Assembly: GCA_050230475.1 (NCBI GenBank)
Contig: JBFLGF010000052.1
Coordinates: forward strand, 62,001 to 104,340
Direction: 5' to 3'
Length of the DNA: 42,340 nt
From: Ancylonema sp.
Taxonomy: Eukaryota
This document shows positions 35,004 through 42,340 of the stretch, piece after piece. The position numbers and the translations under genes were made by a program. The notes under the pieces are model-generated. The model ran no database searches. It had not been told where the DNA came from and worked only from the letters and a program-made list of their open reading frames with translations. The stretch's first letter is position 1. Every line of letters begins with the position of its first letter.

Positions 35004-35263
35004 TACGGGATTTCCTCGTGAAACTGTACAGTTGGCATGCCAGCGCACCAGATTTAGAATACGTGGTGGTGCCTACGTGGACGAAGCAAGTGGGCTGACA
35101 ACGGCTTACCCTCACACCTTTCCATTCGACTCAGAACAAGTGTTGAGGAGAGGTTGTGTCCACCATTGGAGTCAACAACGCTCTGTGTCAACGGCCATTC
35201 ATCAAGACTTGAGCACAATGAGTTAGACACCCCTCGCCCCTCTTTGTTTCCTTTCCTCAGAGC

Positions 35264-37426
35264 CTCCAGACAAATTGGAGCCAAGATGGCGTCGGGGCTG
35301 TCCTCAGCCAGAAAGACGACCAAGGGCAGGAGTTTGTGGTGGCCTACGCCAGCCGCAGCTGCAACCCGGCAGAGCGCAACTACAACGCTTACGATGGAGA
35401 GAGCCTGGCGGTCGTTTGGGCGGTGCAACACTTCCGACACTACCTCATAGGGAGTCACTTCACCCTTCTAATTGACCATGCTTCTTTAAAATAGACGATG
35501 CCTACATCTAGGTTGACTGGCAGGTTAGCTAGGTGGTCTTTACTCCTGAAAGAATATGATTTCACTATTGAGCATACTCCCGGAGTGGAAAACTCGGTAG
35601 AAGACTGTTGCAACACGTTTCCCATGCCATCTACAGAGGACAGAGTACAGAGAGAGGAACTAGGAGTTATTTGCACTGCTGTGAGTGCTGAGCAGAGGGG
35701 CTTTGTTCTAGCCCCTTCCACTTACTTTGCATACCACGCTGGTGGCAGTTCCCATCCTACAGTCTATACCCCTCCAGGTGTCCTCCTTGCACCCTCGTTA
35801 GTAGGACCTTCTAACGCTACCCCTGGCATCGATAGGGACACTGGAGGACCCTCGAGGAGTGACCCCCCTGTTGAGAACAGGGGGGGAGCGGAGGGGTCAA
35901 CCCCTTCCTCATCCGAGGACAACGGAGGCCAAACTAGAACAGATCCCCTTGTAACGGACAGGGGGGAAGGGGAGGGGACAACCCTTGTGGACATTTGGGA
36001 GGACATCCCGGTGCTGGTCTTCCTCAAGCACCATCGACACACACCCGGCGCCCTCAACACAGCCCGCGATCGGGTGTACAGGCGAGCTCTGGGAGATCGG
36101 TGGTTGGGGGGGGTGTTGTACAAGGTTTTCCCGGGTGGCATCATGCTTGTCGTGCCAGAACCAACTGCTCGCTTTCCTCTCATTCTTAAGGTGCATCAGC
36201 AGTTAGGTCATTTTGGTATCAACAAGGTTCAATAATTGCTTCAGAAGGACCATTGGTGGCGCAAGATGGGTGATGATGTGCGCACTGTAATCTCAAACCG
36301 TCATTCGTGTGTGCGTGCAAAGGCTTCTTTTCGAGATCCTGAGCGTGAATTTCATCCTTTACCCATTCGTGGTCTAGGTTATCGTTGGGGTGTGGATTTT
36401 GCTAGGCCTATGCCTGTGACTAAGCGTGGAAATCTATATGTATTGGTCATGATAGAGCACTTTACGAAGTGGGTCGAGCTGGTGCCCGTGCCAGACAAGT
36501 CAGCTAAGGGAGTGGCTCATGCCTTCCTAGACTTCGTCTTGAGTCGGTATGGGGCACCAGCCGAAGTCGTCACTGACTAGGGCTCGGAGTTTAAGGGTGA
36601 ATTTCAGACGTTACTAAGTGAACATTTCATCGATCATCGGCTGCCCTCTCGCGAACACCCGCAAGCGGACGGCTTGGCGGAGCGCATGGTGCACACCATG
36701 AAGCAGGGATATCGGAAGTCCCTCCTAGAGCGTGCGGCTACAGAGTGAGACCTGGTCCTACCCTACTTCACCATGGGGTACCGGATGACCACTCAGAAGG
36801 CCCTCGGCTACAACCCCTACTACATTCTGTTCGGGCGCCACCCCATCTTCCCATCTCGCATTCAGGAGTTGGAGGATGCAGCCCTTCCCCCCTTGGATGA
36901 CCCTGAAGCAGTGCGCCTCTTCCTGGACGAACGAGGGCAAACCTTCTAGCAAGTTATGCCACTGGCGATGCGCAATCTTACGATCGCCCAGCATCGGAAT
37001 GCCACTCGGTTCCGTCGAGTGAGGGCTGGGGAGTGGGCCATAGAGACAGTGGGGTTGAGGGCAAGGGAGTTTGTCATGGTGAAACGCTAGAAGGAGGGGA
37101 CTTTGGACGTGAATGCACGCCCGACGGTGTTGAGGGTGGCGCGGGTGAAGGAGAAAGGAGTGGTGGCCCTACAGGGACAGGACGGGACATGTATTGAGGA
37201 GCAGGAGAAGAACGTGGCACCGTGCAGTTTGCAAGTGGAGGATACTCAGGTGTACTCTCAGCGTTATTTTGTTGGAGATTTAGTGATCTGTCGGGAGTGT
37301 GGCAGTCGGGAAAAGGGTGAAAGTATGGTGTCGTATGACTAGTGTCAGGAGGGCTATCACACGTGGTGCCTCACTACTCCATTGGATGATATTCCATTAG
37401 GGGTTTGGTCTTGTCCTTATCATTAG
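35264..37426 (+). pseudogene. Decayed Ty3/Gypsy pol: RNase H, integrase, C-terminal PHD finger
   Basis: TNWSQDGVGAVLSQ...VAYASRSCNPAERNY...LARWSLLLKEYDF RNase H; H...GHFG, WGVDF, IEHFTKW, TD*GSEF, HPQADGLAER integrase; several stops; PPT-like G runs at 37594-37630. Confidence 0.9.
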
Positions 37427-38051
37427 GGGTATTAGTTGGGTGGTTTTTGGTGGGTATGTTTCTGGGGGTAGCAAAAGACCTCTCAATTTCGGCATGTAGT
37501 TTTTTAAACTACCAGTTTTGGTTTGAAATACTTGGTGAGGATTCAATATTTTTGTGTACTTTGGTGTTGGTTCTCTTGATGTTCCCATCACTTAAGGGGG
37601 GGGAGTTTCCCAAAACTCAAAGGGGGGGAGTTTCCCAAATCCCAAAACTTTGGGCATATGACGTGAAGTGTGGGTAGAATGCATTCTCATGCATGTCTTG
37701 AGGTGATTGGAGCATGTTGTGTATACGATAGGGTGCTAGTGTACGATCTATTTCTACACGTCAACTGTCGTAGTATTTGGCATCGTTCGGTATAACGAGT
37801 GCTTTCAGCCGTTATAGCCAGCCTTGTGTGTAAACCGGGGAACAATTACTCTAGAAGCTCTCGCTATAAGAGTAGTCCGAAAACACCTTCCGCGGTCTGC
37901 TCGGTTAGGAGTGGTGCTATTGGAGTACAAGGATTGCAACGTCATTTGCTAGATCTTGTTGTCATAGCGTCAAGATAGACTTGGGACAACCTATCGTTAC
38001 ATGCGCGGTGCCGAAGTTAGCGTCCGGGCCAAAGCGACGCCGCATTCTGCG

Positions 38052-38359
38052 ACCCCGTTGGTTCCCCTCTAGCAATTGCTTTCTTAAGGTGTCTAGACGT
38101 TTTATTGTACTCGTCTTTTCGGGAACATTTCCCCTTACTCTTTTTTACTTTCGCCCGTGTACTAGTCGTTTTTCAACCTTTGCATGACGATTTCAATTGA
38201 GTGGGAGGAATGTCTTAGTCCATCGCATGTTCAACATTCATATCTTCTCTCACACCCAAGCGTCATTCCGCGCCTTGGCTAGTTGTTCCCGGAAAGACGA
38301 GTACAATGAAACGTCTAGACACCTTAAGAGAGAAATTGCTAGAGGGGAACCAACGGGGT
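38052..38359. mobile_element. Fold-back MITE with ~75-bp TIRs
   Basis: ACCCCGTTGGTTCCCCTCTAGCAAT...GGGAACA mirrored by TGTTCCC...ATTGCTAGAGGGGAACCAACGGGGT; right end abuts an LTR. Confidence 0.75.
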
Positions 38360-38899
38360 TGTTAGAAGCGGAAAGATTCTAGTTTGAATGAAAAATTCTC
38401 ATAGGGAAAACGAAACAATGTTGAAGGTCATTATTGGGACAAAGAATACATGAGTTGATAGGATAGCTCAAACTAAAAAAGTATTTGAACTATATAGTGA
38501 AGAGTCGGCTAGGACACTTCCTCGGACAAGTCGAGTTTCGATATAAGAACAAACTGAAGTCGAGCTTCGCTATAAGGAATAAACTGAAACGCTAAGGGAA
38601 ATCTCGATAGAAGGACAAGAAGGACAAATACTCTATAGTGTCATTTCTTTATAGACAATCACACTCGCTCCTAGCACACTAGGCAAGGAGCGATAATATG
38701 AGGGCACTCGCTGGGGAACTCTAGTGACAAGAGCGAGAGTCCTAACAGTAACCCCCCTTCAAAGGCGCGGAACGCAGGAAGGAGAAGGGCAGAGAACGGG
38801 GCTTCGGGCGGAAGAAAATGAGCCCAAGACAAGCGGGGCTCCCGACGGGGGAGAAATGATGGCGGGATCCTATCAAAGTGTTAGAACCGGAAAGGTTCT
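38360..38899 (-). mobile_element. Miniature non-autonomous LTR element (TRIM-like): 3' LTR 38360-38747, 131-bp internal region 38748-38878, last 21 bp of 5' LTR 38879-38899
   Basis: Minus strand LTR TGTTAGGACTCTC...CTTCTAACA; PPT GAAGGGGGG preceded by CCTGCGTTCCGCGCCT as in the 8550 element; 38879-38899 matches 38360-38380 at 19 of 21 bases. Confidence 0.75.
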
Positions 38900-39621
38900 T
38901 GTGACGGGGGCCGTCTGAGCACCCGTATATTCTGCGCACTAAGGAAGAAAGGATTAGAGAGTGGTAAAGGAGAGTTGGATCGTGAATCCGGCTGCAGTCT
39001 AGCACTAAGTTATCCTTACTCAAGGGATAACGGGCTATATAGAATCAGCAACTCCTGAGTCTAAGGCACTCTCCTCTCAGCCTGAAGTTGTATGAAATAG
39101 ACCTGTTCATACTCACGTGAGCATCCCTTACTAGGGGCGCGACCGCTGTCAATTATGCTCGCGCACGAGCTAGACGTACGGGAGCGTAATCGCTCCCGTC
39201 AATATACATATTGGAGTTAACAGCTTAGCGCGCACTCCTGCGCGCGCTGTTAACAGCCCAATTCCAGAGCTCGCAGAGTTTTGGAACTCAAACTGTCGGT
39301 ACGAGGGCGCAAGGGCGCACCCCTAGTCTTGTAATCTCCAGGATATTTATTCCTGTCGACAGTCAACGTCGTTTCGCAGTCAACCGAGCAATCGAGACAC
39401 TCGCTGAGGATGCACGCGGTGCATCCTTCCCACGTGTCCGATCCCGGAATTACCCGAATTGCCGGGGGCTCGTCTGGGCTCCCGCATAATTAAACCGTAG
39501 ACTCATATTCATGAGCCCACCCCTGGATATAACGGCTGCGCCTTTATATCCGATGCTGGCAATTAATACTTAGCCGCAAAAGTGGCTCTAAGTATGAATC
39601 GGCTCCTAGCGTGTCGTTACA
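38900..39621 (-). repeat. 3' LTR of the second chromovirus (722 bp)
   Basis: Minus strand TGTAACG...CGTCACA termini directly after the PPT; partner LTR not in window. Confidence 0.7.
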
Positions 39622-39655
39622 TTCGTCCCCCCTCAAGAGTTTCCGTCCGCGGCAA

Positions 39656-40583
39656 CTAACTTGGCCTAGAGGTATACCTTTTGTGAAGTCGGTATGGAAC
39701 TTCATCAGAAGCAAGTTGAGAAGGCTTTCTTTTTACTCTTTTTGTTACCGCCTCAACCCCTCGCAACGCTTTCTGCGACTTCTCGAACTGCTTTACCACA
39801 ATGGGTGCAAATTTATCGATCACCGTCGCCGGCTCCCGAGTGTTATGTTTAGGACCATAATCTTCCCACTTGACGATGTATTCTCTTCGGCTTTCTTTGC
39901 CAATCTTTCTAGTGTGTACATCGAGCAACTTGTCGATCGTGTACAGAGCACCAACGTCTTCTGGAATCGGCGGAGGAAGCTCCCCCCGTCCCTCCACAAA
40001 CTTTTTGAGCAAACTTACATGAAACACGGGGTGTATCATTAAGTTTCTCGGAAGTTCCAACTTGTAGGCAACTTTGCCCACCACGCGCAACACTTTAAAG
40101 GGTCCGATAAACTTTGGCCAAAGTTTTACGGGGCCAGGTATCACCAAAGTGATCTTCTTAGTAGATAGAAGTACTTTGTCCCCGACCGAAAACGGCACAA
40201 TATCTTTTCGTCGGTTGTCGTCTGCATAGAGCTTCTGCCTCGACTGCGCTTCTTGACAAGACTTTCGAGCCTTTTTTAGCAAGCGATCGATCCTGGCTTT
40301 CAGCCTCTCAACTCCGGGGTCCTGACCTGCGGGCTGCCCGTTTGTTGTCAATCGCAATTGACCAACAAGAGGAGTCTTTGGATGCTGACCAGTGTTCATT
40401 TCAAAGGGTGGACACTTGATTGACTCTTGCCAAGCACTGTTTATATTAAACTCTGCAATTCCAAGCCAATCGTCCCAATCGGACATGTTGACATCGATGA
40501 AGCATCTCAAATATTGCTCCAATGTCCTGTTTGTCCGTTCCGTCTGCCCATCCGTCTCAAGGTGAAACGAGCTGCTGGTGCAC
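39656..40583 (-). pseudogene. Integrase core end, GPF motif and chromodomain
   Basis: FHLETDGQTERTNRTLEQYLR, KFIGPFKV, HPVFHVSLLK, EYIVKWEDY...NTREP. Confidence 0.92.
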
Positions 40584-41920
40584 TGTCATGACGCTAGAGA
40601 TCGCTAAGGCGAAACCCCTGATTGATCAGAAACCCCTTTAGATTAATACTTTGCTATAACGAGAGTATTCGATATAACGATTATCTAGAATCAGTACTTT
40701 GCTAGAAAAATAGTGAAGTACGAAATTTGTACGACTTGAAAATAACGCGTGGCGTATTTTCCGAAGTCTAGAATCCAAGAGTCTTCAACAAATAGCTGCG
40801 TGTCGATTTTGTTAAAATCACAAGTCACTTTCGACTTGTCGATAATCCCGGCGAACAAATCCAGCCGTAAAACTAGAGTATTATCTCACGCCGTTTTCAT
40901 CGGAGCGCCGAGATGAATTGTAATTGTTCTGGAAGCCAGCCTGTCGTGATCTTCGATAGACTAACTCTAGTACTATGCCGGCACGTTAGCACCGCGCAAC
41001 AACTTTTGTGATAAAAAGAAATTTGTACTTTCAGATTTGTTAGCTTCCGCTGTCAGATTGCGCTGATAAGAAATCCCTTCAACAATCTTCTGTGTTATCT
41101 GAATCCTTCGCAATTCTCTGAATATTGCATTCCTTCGCTTATGCGACTTCGCAACGTGCTCGTCTTCCGACTCAGCCTGACATCCGTCAGCCAGTCGGTA
41201 AGATTGCAAATCATTCTTTGCAATCTGTGTTGTGTGTGTGTGTGTGTATTTGATATTGATTCAAGAGATGTTCAATCGCTCGTAATTTCTTACATCGATT
41301 CGCTGACGCTCTCTCTGAGCCAGCCAGCGTGCGTGTGTGTTTTGATATCTGTCGATTTGCCTGCGTTCGCTCCGAACCGGCACTTTTATTTGTGTGTGTG
41401 TGTGTGTGTTTGCTGTCGCTCGCTCCGAGCCAGCATTTGTTGTAAACACCTGTCTGCTGACGCTCTTTCTGAGCGAGCTCTTTTATCGACGCGCCGTCGA
41501 TACTTTGCTTTCGCACCGAAAGTAACTCTTACGGCTGCTAACCCTCGATAGTCTACTCGAGACTATCTTGTTTGCTTTATAGTATTTTCATAGACTTTTG
41601 TACTATAACCATTTGTCTGTTAGTTCGCCCTCGGCGTTAAGTAGTGAATTTCACCAGACCGCTGAGACGTGTGATTAGATATAATATTGATATCTGAGCA
41701 GAGACTCAATCTGCAATCCTACTTAGTGAGAGCAACCGGACCACCAACTCCACCTGAGAACCTTCGATCACCATCGAACGACATCGATACCAACTCAGTC
41801 AACATCAACATTACTCAACCACGAGCATTACCACAGTCATCATTCTGAGAAACATCCGGGAACAAGAAGTCAAAGTACGAAGAATATCATTCCGGGCGGC
41901 CGACTCCAAACAACACGTCA
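40584..41920. mobile_element. 1337-bp insertion in the integrase gene, probable solo LTR
   Basis: TG...CA ends, GCAC duplicated (40580-40583, 41921-41924); removing it restores LGVTQC-TSSSFH. Confidence 0.75.
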
Positions 41921-42340
41921 GCACTGCGTCACGCCTAGACTCGCCAATAATTCTTGAGTGAACACGGCCTTAAACTTAGGGTCGCGGTCACTTATTAATT
42001 CATCCGGAACTCCATGGTGCTTCACTACTGTATTGATGAATAAGCTAGCGAAATCCTTCGCCGTTACTGTTTCGATAGTAGGTACGAAGTAGACCATTTT
42101 GGAAAACCGATCCACAAAAACTAGTATACAATTTTTTCCGCGGATCGTTAACGATAATCCAGTTATGAAATCCATAGACACCGAGCTCCATCGACGTTCT
42201 GGAATGGGGAGGGGTTGCAGAAGACCCCCCGGTCCACTCTGAGAAGGTTTACTGCGTTGGCAGACTAAGCATTCTCGTACAAAGTTGGTTATGTCTGTCA
42301 ACATTGTAGGCCACCAATATTGTCTGCCAATATATTCGGT
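41921..42340 (-). pseudogene. Integrase zinc-finger and core N-terminal part
   Basis: YWWP..., CLVCQ, GLLQPLPIP..WSSVSMDFITGL, VDRFSK, HGVP..LISDRD. Confidence 0.93.

Larger units (their letters stand above)
38900..42340 (-). mobile_element. Second Gypsy chromovirus (3' part; continues beyond the window), inserted in the TRIM 5' LTR
   Basis: Integrase and chromodomain ORFs, PPT GAGGGGGGA near 39626-39634, 3' LTR. Confidence 0.9.

Overview
Eukaryotic, repeat-rich nuclear DNA from a green-plant lineage. A streptophyte alga or bryophyte-grade organism is inferred from the Tcn1-like chromoviruses, the CRE-type LINE fragment, the plant GAE/TST-like genes and the repeat-filled introns. Two convergent host genes sit in the middle: a 7-exon sugar-porter (TST/TMT-like) gene on + (18192-21265) and a 2-exon UDP-glucuronate 4-epimerase on - (24704-22617). 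There is one plausible tRNA-Leu(AAG) plus two degenerate copies. The rest is nested transposons: a near-complete chromovirus (8550-14630, TSD GGCTG) with a solo LTR nested in its 3' LTR, several TA-flanked Tc1/mariner-pogo-like MITEs, a CRE-like RLE LINE fragment, two Mutator-like elements back-to-back forming a ~1.4-kb palindrome, a decayed Gypsy pol ending in a PHD finger, a miniature LTR element, and a second chromovirus running off the right edge. The most notable signal is that the full chromovirus and the miniature element both lack a tRNA primer site. Each instead carries a different 10-nt PBS complementary to its own LTR about 28 nt downstream of the TATA box, which points to Tf1-style self-priming and a candidate self-priming TRIM. 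All calls come from reading the sequence by eye; no searches were run.
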